This document shows, piece by piece, positions 1 through 7,781 of a stretch of DNA of 59,778 bases. The notes under the pieces were generated by a model that saw only the letters and a program-made list of their open reading frames with translations, did no database searches and was not told the DNA's origin. The first letter of the stretch is position 1. Each line of letters begins with the position of its first letter. Made by a program: the position numbers and the translations under genes. This DNA comes from a virus, in IMG/VR virus record IMGVR_UViG_3300027296_000001, positions 1 through 59,778 of that record; one strand, given 5' to 3'.

Positions 1-127
1 ACCGTTCTCGTTCGCCGTCTGTGCCGACTTTGCCGACCCATCGAATTGGCGGAAAACCCTATAAAACAAGGTAATCTCTGGTGCCGGCTGAGGGGATTGA
101 ACCCCCGACCTTCGGTTTACAAAACCG
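1..127. repeat. attL copy of a perfect direct repeat of at least 127 bp
   Basis: 1-127 is identical to 59652-59778 by direct comparison. It holds 78 bp downstream of the tRNA plus the tRNA 3' part. Confidence 0.95.
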
Positions 128-131
128 AAGG
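79..131 (-). pseudogene. tRNA-Thr(UGU) 3' fragment displaced to attL
   Basis: The reverse complement reads TCGGT-TTTGTAA-ACCGA (anticodon TGT), AGGTC, GGGGG-TTCAATC-CCCTC, AGCCGGC-A-CCA. The sequence where the 5' acceptor strand should lie (148-154) reads TGCAATT, which cannot pair with AGCCGGC. Confidence 0.8.
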
Positions 132-186
132 GGTCTCCACGATCGCAATTGCAAAAGTCGCTGTCTCACAACGGCTTTCTGTGTTT

Positions 187-1374
187 TTAGGCCTTGAGAA
201 CCGCAGGCCCAGTTCCTGAATTTGATCCTGTTTCGGTGCGGCCGAGCATGACGCGCTGCTTCTCCTCGGGCGTCAGATAGGCGAGGTACATCTCGGTTGT
301 TTTGACCGATGTGTGGCCCAGTCGCTGCTGTAAAACATAGATGGATCGGCCGCTTTTAAGCCACAGCACGGCGTGCAAATGCCGGAGATCGTGGAACGGG
401 AAGGGGCGGAAATCCTGTTCCTGTTTTTGGGCCTGTTGGGCGACGCGATCGACGAGGCGATCGAAGTTGAGCTGGGAATAGCGCTCTGCGGGCTGCTGGC
501 CGCGCCTGGAGCGTTTCTTTGCCTCCCGGCGGTGCCAGAACAGGGCCTTGGTTTCGATCGACGCCGGCAGCTTCGACAGGACGTCCCAGCCATAGTCCTC
601 GCCGCCATCGACGAGATCGATGACGCGTAGCTTGTTGCGCTTGCCGATAAGCGTGAGCTGCTTCCGGGGGCGGTCCAGGTGGGCCCGATCAGCCTTCTTG
701 ATCTCGTCGTAGCGGGCGCCGGTCTTGACGGCGGCGGTGATGAAGGCACCCTTGAGGCCCGGCGCCGCATCAATCACCATCTGGACGTGGCGGATGTCCG
801 GCAGCACGATCGGATCGCGGCGCTCCTTCAGGCGCGATTTGCGCCGGCCGCCGGGCTTGAGCCATGCGATGACGGGATTGTCGTCGCGCCATCCTTCGTC
901 GATGCAGAAATCCATGACCGAGGAGAGTGCGGTCAGATCCCGTTTGATGGTCGCGATGGTGGCGATGATGGGGTGCTTCTTACCGGCCGGCACCATGGCC
1001 GTTTCGCGACGCCATTTCACGATGTCGCCGATCAGGTCCCGGGTGACCTCGTCGAGATAGAGTCCTTCGAGCTTGGGCGCCAGCACGCCCAGCGAGCTCA
1101 TGTAGCGGGTGAAGGTCTTGCCGCTGACCTGCTCGACCTGGAAGGCGGCCCATGCGTCCATAGCCTCGGCGAGGGTGCGGCGGGCGTCGCCGTAGCGGAA
1201 GATCGCTACCTGGCGCTCACGCTCCGCGCGGCGGCGATCTTTCGCCACTTCTGGATCGTCTGTGCGTAATGACCACTTGACGTCGTTCCCGCCGACCTGA
1301 ATCCGGCCGTAGAGGGTATCGCCGCGCCAGAAACAACCTTTTGGAGCTTTCCGGCCTCGCTTGCCCTTTGGCAT
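187..1374 (-). CDS. int: Tyrosine integrase
   Basis: 395 aa. C-terminal motifs are HDLRHLHAV and LGHTSVKTTEMYLAY. It has a basic N-terminal arm-type region and lies next to attL. Confidence 0.95.
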   Translation of the reverse strand: MPKGKRGRKAPKGCFWRGDTLYGRIQVGGNDVKWSLRTDDPEVAKDRRRAERERQVAIFRYGDARRTLAEAMDAWAAFQVEQVSGKTFTRYMSSLGVLAPKLEGLYLDEVTRDLIGDIVKWRRETAMVPAGKKHPIIATIATIKRDLTALSSVMDFCIDEGWRDDNPVIAWLKPGGRRKSRLKERRDPIVLPDIRHVQMVIDAAPGLKGAFITAAVKTGARYDEIKKADRAHLDRPRKQLTLIGKRNKLRVIDLVDGGEDYGWDVLSKLPASIETKALFWHRREAKKRSRRGQQPAERYSQLNFDRLVDRVAQQAQKQEQDFRPFPFHDLRHLHAVLWLKSGRSIYVLQQRLGHTSVKTTEMYLAYLTPEEKQRVMLGRTETGSNSGTGPAVLKA

Positions 1375-1565
1375 ATTTCGGTCTCACGCGCCTGATTGTA
1401 CTGGTCGAGCAGGGCGGCATCGAAGGTCCAGATGCCGCGTGGTTTGGCCGCGCCTGGGATCTCCCCCCGGGCGGCCATGTCGCGCACTGTACGGGGCTCC
1501 AGCCCAAGGATCGAGACGGCCTGGGCGATTTTTACCCGTTTTCTTGGGAGATCCGGGCGGCTCAT
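1206..1565 (-). CDS. Excisionase / AlpA-like HTH protein
   Basis: Motif VSILGLEPRTVRDMAARGEIPGAAKPRGIWTF. ATG at 1565 (alternative start 1589). The 3' third overlaps the int start in another frame. Confidence 0.7.
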   Translation of the reverse strand: MSRPDLPRKRVKIAQAVSILGLEPRTVRDMAARGEIPGAAKPRGIWTFDAALLDQYNQARETEICQRASEAGKLQKVVSGAAIPSTAGFRSAGTTSSGHYAQTIQKWRKIAAARSVSAR

Positions 1566-1822
1566 GTGGCTGCCCTCGGCGCCCTGCACGTCTCGGCCTG
1601 GGCCGCCCCGCAGGCCATGCAGCTACCGTCCAGGTCGACCTCATTGGTCGCGCAGCGCCGCGGCGGGCTGTCGTCGTCGGCAGTGCCGCGCTCGATGGCG
1701 TGGATGCGGCCGAACATGCGGGCCACGATCGCTGCGCAATCGTCCAGGTCGATGTGGTGCACTCCGCGGGCGATGAGATCGCGCTGCAGGGCTCCGGCCA
1801 TAATGATGCCGATGGCGCTCAT
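1562..1822 (-). CDS. Hypothetical protein
   Basis: GGAG Shine-Dalgarno (SD) sequence before ATG 1822. ATGA overlap with the downstream xis-like gene. Confidence 0.5.
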   Translation of the reverse strand: MSAIGIIMAGALQRDLIARGVHHIDLDDCAAIVARMFGRIHAIERGTADDDSPPRRCATNEVDLDGSCMACGAAQAETCRAPRAAT

Positions 1823-1916
1823 TGCTGCTTGCTCCGTTCTGCGATCGCGACCAGCACGACTGCCCGCATCGCGACCAGGTCGCCGCGCTGTGCGTAGAGC
1901 CACAGCGGATCATCGG

Positions 1917-2246
1917 TCATGGCCGTGCCTTTCCGCATGCCGACATCACATCGTCTAAGGCGCGCCGGTAGACCTTCGGGTCGGCCTGAATTTCTTTCGC
2001 CCGATGAGCGAGGCGGATCAGCTTCACTCCCATCTCCTGCGAGATCGCCGGAGAACAGACAAATTTGGCGTACAGCTTGCCGTCAAGGCGAAGCCGGATG
2101 TTGACGCCGCAGCACGGGCACCAATCGATCTCGGCGTTATCCGCGACCTTGTAGGTCGTTGAGCACTCTTCCGTCATTTTGGCGACGATGTCGGCGATGA
2201 CGTCGTCGGGCACGGGTGTGATCTTCGACTTTGCGGCCTTAGTCAT
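1917..2246 (-). CDS. Hypothetical protein with a CPCC..C cluster
   Basis: 109-aa ORF in the leftward operon, containing WCPCCG. Confidence 0.55.
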   Translation of the reverse strand: MTKAAKSKITPVPDDVIADIVAKMTEECSTTYKVADNAEIDWCPCCGVNIRLRLDGKLYAKFVCSPAISQEMGVKLIRLAHRAKEIQADPKVYRRALDDVMSACGKARP

Positions 2247-2442
2247 GGAGCGCAGCCCTCAGGATCGGTAAAATCTCCATGTTGATCTCGTCTTCGTTCA
2301 AGGCCTCGAAGACTTCGATTGCCTGTTCGAGCGCGACGCGCATCCGCGCATTAGATTCGATCAAAAACAAAACCCTGGCCGGGCTTGCCGGCTCAGGTAC
2401 TTGACGTAGGGTGTCGATGACCTTGGTGGCTTTCTCGGTCAT
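2239..2442 (-). CDS. Hypothetical protein
   Basis: Start taken at MTEKATK (ATG 2442). Tightly packed in the operon. Confidence 0.5.
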   Translation of the reverse strand: MTEKATKVIDTLRQVPEPASPARVLFLIESNARMRVALEQAIEVFEALNEDEINMEILPILRAALHD

Positions 2443-2444
2443 CG

Positions 2445-2669
2445 TCAGTTCCCGCAGCAGAAGTCGCAGCACGACTGATCCGCCTTGCAATAAGGTGCGT
2501 CAGGGCGGGCCTCAGTCGGACCGCCTCGCGTAGGTTTTTCAGTTGGGATGAGAACGCGAGCGCGCTCTAGCAGAGCAATCGCTTCCTCGACGGCGAGCTG
2601 GTCTGCGACTTCGCCATCGCCTCCATCCCACGCGCGGATCTGCGCTAATCGGGCAAGATCAATCTTCAT
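2445..2669 (-). CDS. Hypothetical protein, Cys-rich C-terminus
   Basis: 74 aa ending CKADQSCCDFCCGN. Confidence 0.5.
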   Translation of the reverse strand: MKIDLARLAQIRAWDGGDGEVADQLAVEEAIALLERARVLIPTEKPTRGGPTEARPDAPYCKADQSCCDFCCGN

Positions 2670-2881
2670 GTGACCTTCTCCACGACCTTGCGAAGCGTGG
2701 CCTCAACCACATTCGCAAACTGAAGGCGCGACGGCTCCAAGTGCGAAGCCGCCATATAGCCGACGACAGCGCCGGTGATCTCATCGATACCGACCTTGGG
2801 TGCAGTTCCGTCACGAACGGCCTGGACCAACGCGGTGGCGACCGCACTCGCGATATAGGGAGTGTTGATTGCGACGGTCAT
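2666..2881 (-). CDS. Hypothetical protein
   Basis: ATG 2881 forms an ATGA overlap with the upstream gene's stop. Confidence 0.5.
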   Translation of the reverse strand: MTVAINTPYIASAVATALVQAVRDGTAPKVGIDEITGAVVGYMAASHLEPSRLQFANVVEATLRKVVEKVT

Positions 2882-3129
2882 GGCTCGCACATCTCCATCG
2901 CCACGACATGCTCGGCCGCAACCTGCCTCGCATCCTCAAGCAACGCATGAACCTCGAAGGGCGAGTAGCCGAACGACACCAGCACCGCGATGGAATCGCC
3001 GCGGTCGACGAAGGCGCCGGTCTCGACCAGTCGCGAGGCCATCTCGGCGACCTTCGCGATGCGCTGGGCCCGCACGGCATCGAGGCAGATCGGCCCGTCA
3101 GGCAGGGGATGAATGGTGATGACGGCCAT
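2878..3129 (-). CDS. Hypothetical protein
   Basis: Start taken at MAVITIH (ATG 3129). The upstream part of the 175-aa ORF looks non-genic. Confidence 0.5.
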   Translation of the reverse strand: MAVITIHPLPDGPICLDAVRAQRIAKVAEMASRLVETGAFVDRGDSIAVLVSFGYSPFEVHALLEDARQVAAEHVVAMEMCEP

Positions 3130-3134
3130 TTGCC

Positions 3135-3347
3135 CTAGCTCCAGAAGATGCGGGCGCAATGGCAGCAGACGACGTCGCCGCAAGATCCGATAGCGTGGTG
3201 CCGCCCGTCCGGGCTGAACGAGCAGCGTTCGGCGGTACCGAACGGATCCTCGACCGCGGCCATCACGGCGCCGATCTCGCGCTCGCTGATGAAGTGGACG
3301 ATCTTTGCAGTCTCGGCGTGGCGGGCCGGCTTGCGGGCGACATGCAT
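3135..3347 (-). CDS. Hypothetical protein, Cys-rich
   Basis: Start taken at MHVARKP. C-terminal motif CGDVVCCHC. Confidence 0.45.
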   Translation of the reverse strand: MHVARKPARHAETAKIVHFISEREIGAVMAAVEDPFGTAERCSFSPDGRHHAIGSCGDVVCCHCARIFWS

Positions 3348-3429
3348 ATCGAAATCCTCTCTGGCGGTTGAAGGGATCGCGGGGTGGGCGGCGGCGTTGC
3401 GCCACGTGCCGCCGCCCGGCCGCGCTTTG

Positions 3430-3849
3430 TCAGGCGAAAAGGTTCTGGGTGTCGTGACGGGCATGCGGCGCGCGATGCCCGCGGTAGGAATTCCGCTTTC
3501 TGGCCGCGCGTTTGATCGCGAGCTCGAGCGCCTCGCGCGTGGCCTCGTTGAACAATTCCGGATCGATGAAGCGCGGATGCAGGTTCTTCTGCTCGGCGAA
3601 AGCCTTCGACATCGTCGCGACCAGGATGCCGCGCTCGGACGGCTCCTCGAGCGTCACCATCGACTTCGGCACCCACACGGCCTTGCGGTAAATGCCGCAG
3701 TCGGAGACAAGGATGGCCTTGGCCGTCTGCTGATGACGGACGAGCACTAGGCAGGTCACGCCGGGGCTGGAGGGCGTGACCTGCCTGCGGTCGGAGCCAC
3801 GAGGGCGGCCGACGTAGACGATGCTGGATATCTGAAGCAGTTTACGCAT
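3430..3849 (-). CDS. Hypothetical protein
   Basis: Start taken at MRKLLQI (ATG 3849). Confidence 0.5.
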   Translation of the reverse strand: MRKLLQISSIVYVGRPRGSDRRQVTPSSPGVTCLVLVRHQQTAKAILVSDCGIYRKAVWVPKSMVTLEEPSERGILVATMSKAFAEQKNLHPRFIDPELFNEATREALELAIKRAARKRNSYRGHRAPHARHDTQNLFA

Positions 3850-3853
3850 GACG

Positions 3854-4153
3854 CTACTTTCCTTGCACTGGTTGAGACGAAGCGAGATTGAGCGCGATCC
3901 GGATCGATAGCGGCATTTTGCCGTTCTTGCTGAACATGCGAGCGGTCGCGCCTTCGCATTCCGGGCAATCGCAGGGGCCGTCGTCATAGGCCATCTCGTC
4001 CTCTTCATCAGAGAGACCGAGCTGACTGCGCAGATTGACGCCGCAGCGCCAGTCGTCGGAGCCGAAGGCCGCCGTTTCCCAGCCGCATTTGAAGCGGCGG
4101 GCGTATTCGATCGCGGCCGCGCGCGTCTCCGCCATGGTCGAAGCTTGCTTCAT
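3854..4153 (-). CDS. Hypothetical protein, acidic with a CDCPEC motif
   Basis: 99-aa ORF. ATGA-type overlap with the upstream gene. Confidence 0.55.
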   Translation of the reverse strand: MKQASTMAETRAAAIEYARRFKCGWETAAFGSDDWRCGVNLRSQLGLSDEEDEMAYDDGPCDCPECEGATARMFSKNGKMPLSIRIALNLASSQPVQGK

Positions 4154-5217
4154 GCGGCCTCCAGCTTCATGCGATGCTTCGCCATCAGCTCGGCGTAGCG
4201 GCCATGGATCGATGGGACGTCGAGATAAAGTGGCTCGATGTCGAGCAGGCGTCCGATGCGGCGGCGGGCGCGCGCGAGCATCTCGGCCTCTTCGTCGGTC
4301 AGCATCCGCGTCGGCCAGCCGCTGACGTAGCGCATGCCCTTGGTGATCTTGGATTCGATGGCGATGCGCTCCAGCGCCTTGATCTTGGCGTTGCGCAGCG
4401 CCTCAGCTCGACCTGGCAGAAGGATCTCAGGCCGGACGTCGCCGAGCCATCGGGTGCCCTGGAAAGCGAAGGTGCTGGCGATCTCCAGGTCGACCATGCG
4501 TCGGTAGAGCGGGGTGGCTTCCGGCACGAGCGAAGCGGCAGTCAGATCGGCCTCGCTCGACATGATGCAAAAGATGCAGGACACCCGCGACATGCCGAAG
4601 CGGCTATAAGCTTCGTGCGGCTGGAGACCGCTTTCCGAGATGAAGTCGAAAACCTCTGCTTCGCGCCAATCGAGGATGAGCCGCCAGTCGGCATTGCCGG
4701 CAGCGTCAAGGCTCGCGATTGGGCTCTTGGACCGCGCCGAGCTCTCCTCGCGACGAATGCCGGTCACGTTGATGAAAACGCACTTCTTGAAACGCCGCCG
4801 CAACTCGGCACGGATCGGGTGCGTCTTCAGCTCGCTGGTGCAGAAGCGCATCGATGGCGTTGACCAGGGCAGCACTAGGCAGACGGTCGACAATTCGATG
4901 TAGCGGCGCAAGCTGGACTGCCAGCGGGCCTCCCAGCGCTCCATGAGGCCGCCGGCAGCCCGTCGCACGACGATGAGCTCGGCGTCGAGATGCCGCGCCA
5001 AAGCCTCGCAGACGGGTAGGGAGGCTTTCCACTCAACTATGCCGAGATCTGCATGGACCAGCACGCGAGGGCCAGCGTGGCCCATTTTGTCGAGGTAACC
5101 GAAGGTTGCGAGCGCTGCGGCCTGGCTGTCCTTGCCGCCGGAGACGCCGACCGCAACAGGTGCACCCTGCGCGATCAGCGCGTCGATCTCGGGAGCGCAG
5201 GCAACCAGCGCCATCAC
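4150..5217 (-). CDS. PP-loop ATP pyrophosphatase, PAPS-reductase family
   Basis: The N-terminal VGVSGGKDS motif is a PP-loop. The length and a later CxFC motif fit phage PAPS-reductase/DndC-like proteins. Confidence 0.8.
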   Translation of the reverse strand: MMALVACAPEIDALIAQGAPVAVGVSGGKDSQAAALATFGYLDKMGHAGPRVLVHADLGIVEWKASLPVCEALARHLDAELIVVRRAAGGLMERWEARWQSSLRRYIELSTVCLVLPWSTPSMRFCTSELKTHPIRAELRRRFKKCVFINVTGIRREESSARSKSPIASLDAAGNADWRLILDWREAEVFDFISESGLQPHEAYSRFGMSRVSCIFCIMSSEADLTAASLVPEATPLYRRMVDLEIASTFAFQGTRWLGDVRPEILLPGRAEALRNAKIKALERIAIESKITKGMRYVSGWPTRMLTDEEAEMLARARRRIGRLLDIEPLYLDVPSIHGRYAELMAKHRMKLEAA

Positions 5218-5846
5218 GCTGCTTCCTTTGCCGCGAGATCGGCAAGCACCTTCGCCGCGCGTTCAGCGGCCGGAACGTTCGCATCGAAGCTGCGCCGCCA
5301 TGCGCGATCGACCTCGCGGGCGCGGTTATGGTCGCAATAGCTGACAGTGCGGTCGCTGATCGCGTGGTGCCGCAGCTTGGCGCGGGCCTTGAAGCTGTCT
5401 AGCGTGGCTGGGGTGCCTTTGCTGTCGAGGAACGCGAAGAAGCGCGCGAGATCACCGACCTGCCGGCCGTATTCGCGGAGCGTGTCGCGGGTGTGCTCGT
5501 CAGGGTCAACCCACTGGTGCGGGGTGTCGAGCGCATTGGCGACGTGCCGCGCGATGTAGCCTGCGATCTGGTCGCGCGTGCCGTGCGGGCCTTCGATGTT
5601 GCAGACCAGCCGATAATCGCGCGCCAGATCGCGCGCCTGGTTCATCAGCGAGGCAAGCCGCTGGGCGCCTTCGAGGGTCGCGCACCGCGTGATGTGCTCG
5701 TCCTGGGGCGAAAAGAAGCGGTCATCCAATGCGCCCGTCTTCAGGCGCACGCTGTAATCGTCGAAGCCTTTGTGGGCGAAATAATCGCCGATCTGTGGTC
5801 GCGGGGTTTCGGCTGGCTTTGAGCGGGATCGGTTGGCGGACGGCAT
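5214..5846 (-). CDS. Hypothetical protein, first gene of the leftward early operon
   Basis: 210 aa. SD GGGAG lies 6 nt before the ATG, and operator-like repeats lie upstream. Confidence 0.6.
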   Translation of the reverse strand: MPSANRSRSKPAETPRPQIGDYFAHKGFDDYSVRLKTGALDDRFFSPQDEHITRCATLEGAQRLASLMNQARDLARDYRLVCNIEGPHGTRDQIAGYIARHVANALDTPHQWVDPDEHTRDTLREYGRQVGDLARFFAFLDSKGTPATLDSFKARAKLRHHAISDRTVSYCDHNRAREVDRAWRRSFDANVPAAERAAKVLADLAAKEAA

Positions 5847-5880
5847 GGAGGGCTCCCGTGTCTGGACGGGAGAGATCGTT

Positions 5881-5925
5881 ACGCAAAACGCATAATCGTG
5901 TCAATGCATTTTGCATAATTTGCAT
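5881..5925 (-). promoter_or_regulatory. Leftward early promoter with operator-like repeats (OL analogue)
   Basis: ACGCAAAACGCAT (5881-5893), ATGCATTTTGCAT (5904-5916) and TTGCATAATTTGCAT (5911-5925). On the minus strand, TTGACA (5904-5899), 17 nt, then TAACGA. Confidence 0.55.
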
Positions 5926-5989
5926 CGGGCGCTTTGAGGTGAGCCCTGAAGGGCAGCTCAAGGATGCCGGAAAATGGCGGCTGTCGTCT

Positions 5990-6610
5990 TCAACGCGGCA
6001 CGAGGTTTTTGACCCTGGCGGCCCACTCGATGGCAACGTCGAGGATCGGCGGCTCAGTCTGAGATAGCAGATGAAATAGGCCGCGAGCCTTGGATTTCTG
6101 GATCTTCTTGATGAGGATACGGCCGTCATCGAGCCCCACGACGCAGAGCTCGTTGATCAGGTCAGGTGTGACAGGGCGGCGAACATCATCGTAAAAGACG
6201 AGCCATCGGTCGAAGAATGTGCCGAGGCTCTCGCCCCGGATCTCGACCGCGACGGTTGAAGCCGTGGAGCCGGCTGGGGCTGAAACCTCTTCGATCGGCG
6301 CGTCGTGTGGAAAGAAGTGCGTCGCAGCGCCGGCCCCGACATATCCGACGAGCGGAACGAGGCGTTCGGAAGCAGCGGCGGCCGGCGCAGCCTTGCCACG
6401 GTGCACGCCTTTGCCCGTCAGGAGCCATTCCAGCGAGACTCCGAACTTGCGGGCGTAGAGCTCGGCATTGGCCTTTTTGAAGCCGCGTGAGCCGTTTTCG
6501 TGGCCGAGATAAGTGGGCTGCTTGACCCCGAGCGCCTCCGCGGCCGCGGCGGCAGTGGGGTAGCCTGCATCTTTGCGGGCGGCGGCCAGTCGCTGGTGCA
6601 TTTCTTTCAT
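5990..6610 (-). CDS. cI-like repressor (XRE HTH plus S24 LexA-like autopeptidase)
   Basis: N-terminal HTH AAEALGVKQPTYLGHENG. Ala-Gly site in VGAGAA. GESL (Ser) and LIKKI (Lys) match S24 catalytic positions. Divergent from cro. Confidence 0.9.
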   Translation of the reverse strand: MKEMHQRLAAARKDAGYPTAAAAAEALGVKQPTYLGHENGSRGFKKANAELYARKFGVSLEWLLTGKGVHRGKAAPAAAASERLVPLVGYVGAGAATHFFPHDAPIEEVSAPAGSTASTVAVEIRGESLGTFFDRWLVFYDDVRRPVTPDLINELCVVGLDDGRILIKKIQKSKARGLFHLLSQTEPPILDVAIEWAARVKNLVPR

Positions 6611-6612
6611 TC

Positions 6613-6671
6613 ATGCAATTTGCATAGGAAAATTATGCAAGAGGCATTGACCGTTATTATGCAAAAGGCAT
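6613..6671. promoter_or_regulatory. cI-cro intergenic operators (OR analogue)
   Basis: ATGCAATTTGCAT (6613-6625, a perfect palindrome), ATGCAAGAGGCAT (6635-6647) and ATGCAAAAGGCAT (6659-6671). TTGACC and TATTAT elements lie between them. Confidence 0.65.
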
Positions 6672-6680
6672 AGTCGAGCC

Positions 6681-6887
6681 ATGGATGCGCAACTGATTCG
6701 CAAAGCTCGGGAACTCACCGGCGAAAGCCAGGCGACCTTTGGCGCGCGCTTCGGCGTCGACCAGAGCACCGTGCACCGCTGGGAAATCGGCGGGCCGCCC
6801 ACCCGGGGCGCCGCGAAGATCATGGTGACCCGCGAGGTCGAGGCGATCCTCGCTGCGCATGCGCCCAAAGATGGGGCATCGTCATGA
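6681..6887 (+). CDS. Cro-like HTH regulator
   Basis: 68 aa. RELTGESQATFGARFGVDQSTVHRWE is an XRE-type HTH. Divergent from the repressor. Confidence 0.8.
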   Translation: MDAQLIRKARELTGESQATFGARFGVDQSTVHRWEIGGPPTRGAAKIMVTREVEAILAAHAPKDGASS

Positions 6888-7089
6888 CCGCCTCCAGCAC
6901 CACAATCGTTGCCACCACCACAGCTCATGCGGTCGCACAGCTTCGCGGCGAGACTTGCGCACAGCGTCCTGGACCCGGTCTTCCGTTTTCGTCTGAACAG
7001 TTTGCTTCTGTGTCATTTGTTGCGTCCGGAGTTGCGTCATGTCGATTGCCGAATCGTGCACGTTGCCGGTTGCGAGGCCTAGGAGAACG

Positions 7090-7109
7090 CTTCGAACAAG
7101 TGTTCGAAG
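7090..7109. promoter_or_regulatory. Perfect 9-bp inverted repeat CTTCGAACA-AG-TGTTCGAAG
   Basis: Read directly. It lies 20 nt upstream of the TTG 7129 start candidate. Confidence 0.4.
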
Positions 7110-7128
7110 AGACCCGCAGGCCGAACGA

Positions 7129-7311
7129 TTGTCGAAATTCGGCCGCGTATGTCTCACGCTTTGGCCTGACCAGAAGGCGGACGTCATCCTGGCGCAGCGT
7201 ATCGGCTGCTCGGAGCGCGCGGCGCAATTCTACATCACCGGCGACCGCGAGCCTTCCTACGAAGCGCTCATGGTCGTGCTCGACGAACTACGGCCCCGCA
7301 AGCGGGCGTGA
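7129..7311 (+). CDS. Small HTH protein (Cro/CII-like); start uncertain
   Basis: ILAQRIGCSERAAQFYITGDREPSYEAL resembles an HTH. Third-position GC is high only from about 7129 onward (TTG). The ATG at 7039 is the alternative start. Confidence 0.5.
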   Translation: MSKFGRVCLTLWPDQKADVILAQRIGCSERAAQFYITGDREPSYEALMVVLDELRPRKRA

Positions 7312-7468
7312 GGTATCCCAAGCGAAAGCAACCGAAGGCAAAGCGGCGAGCACGGGCAATGCCATGATGGGGCCCGCGTCGAAGGGGTTGCGAGTAGGCG
7401 AGCCGGCGCGGACCGGAAGGCTGAGTTGGCCGGCCCAAGGGCGAACCTCAAACGTCAGCGAACGTGGC

Positions 7469-7781
7469 GTGACAGCTGGAGAGACAGCACGGAATTCACG
7501 GGCATCATCGCGCGAAAAGCGGAGACCAGACGCGAGCGGTGAGCTTCCTGGTACGGATCCGGAAACGTCATCTTCGCCGGGCCGTAAAATGGGCGGCGTA
7601 TACCGCAATCACGACGTGACGGCCGGGAGAGACCGGCAACCGAGCTTTGGCAGTGCCAATTCTTTTTCTGCCATCGGAAGCGCGAGAGGCACTAGCGCCA
7701 TGCTCCATCCCGGGGTCGTAGATGGGTCAACCGCATCAACCTTGCAGGCCGGGACAGCGGTGACAGCCGGAGAGACGGCAC
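7469..7781 (+). repeat. Three copies of GTGAC-R-stem-GAGAGA-stem (7469-7490, 7616-7640, 7760-7781)
   Basis: Stems are GCTG/CAGC, GCCGG/CCGGC and GCCG/CGGC. The loop and the GTGAC leader are invariant. Spacing is 147 and 144 nt. Confidence 0.7.
7647..7667 (+). terminator. Weak intrinsic-terminator-like hairpin plus T-run
   Basis: TTGGC-AGT-GCCAA followed by TTCTTTTT. The stem is short, so the call is tentative. Confidence 0.3.

Noticed and set aside
79-154. An intact tRNA-Thr gene at the left end.
   Set aside because: The 5' portion does not form an acceptor stem (TGCAATT against AGCCGGC) or a D-arm. This is the displaced 3' fragment created by integration.
5853-5872. A 7-bp hairpin (CTCCCGT-N6-ACGGGAG) read as an SD-sequestering translational switch for gene 5214-5846.
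   Set aside because: The proposed leftward promoter would start transcription at about 5869, inside the hairpin, so the full stem may never be in the mRNA.
7039-7128. The Arg-rich N-terminus (ARPRRTLRTSVRRDPQAER) of ORF 7039-7311, read as a lambda-N-like arginine-rich motif that would bind the downstream hairpins.
   Set aside because: These 30 codons have low third-position GC (about 53 percent), while the rest of the ORF is about 82 percent. Translation therefore probably starts near TTG 7129, and the Arg-rich stretch is likely untranslated.
6882-7187. The minus-strand 101-aa ORF overlapping the end of cro.
   Set aside because: There is no SD or promoter context. The C-terminus (ELWWWQRLWCWRRS) looks like frame noise, and the ORF overlaps cro and the palindrome region.
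7469-7781. The three repeats read as a CRISPR array or a cobalamin (B12-box) riboswitch.
   Set aside because: The repeats are only about 22-25 nt, with spacers of about 120 nt, and there are only three copies and no cas genes. The similarity to the B12 box (AGYCMGGAGACCKGCC) is partial, with an extra GA, and the rest of the riboswitch core is absent.
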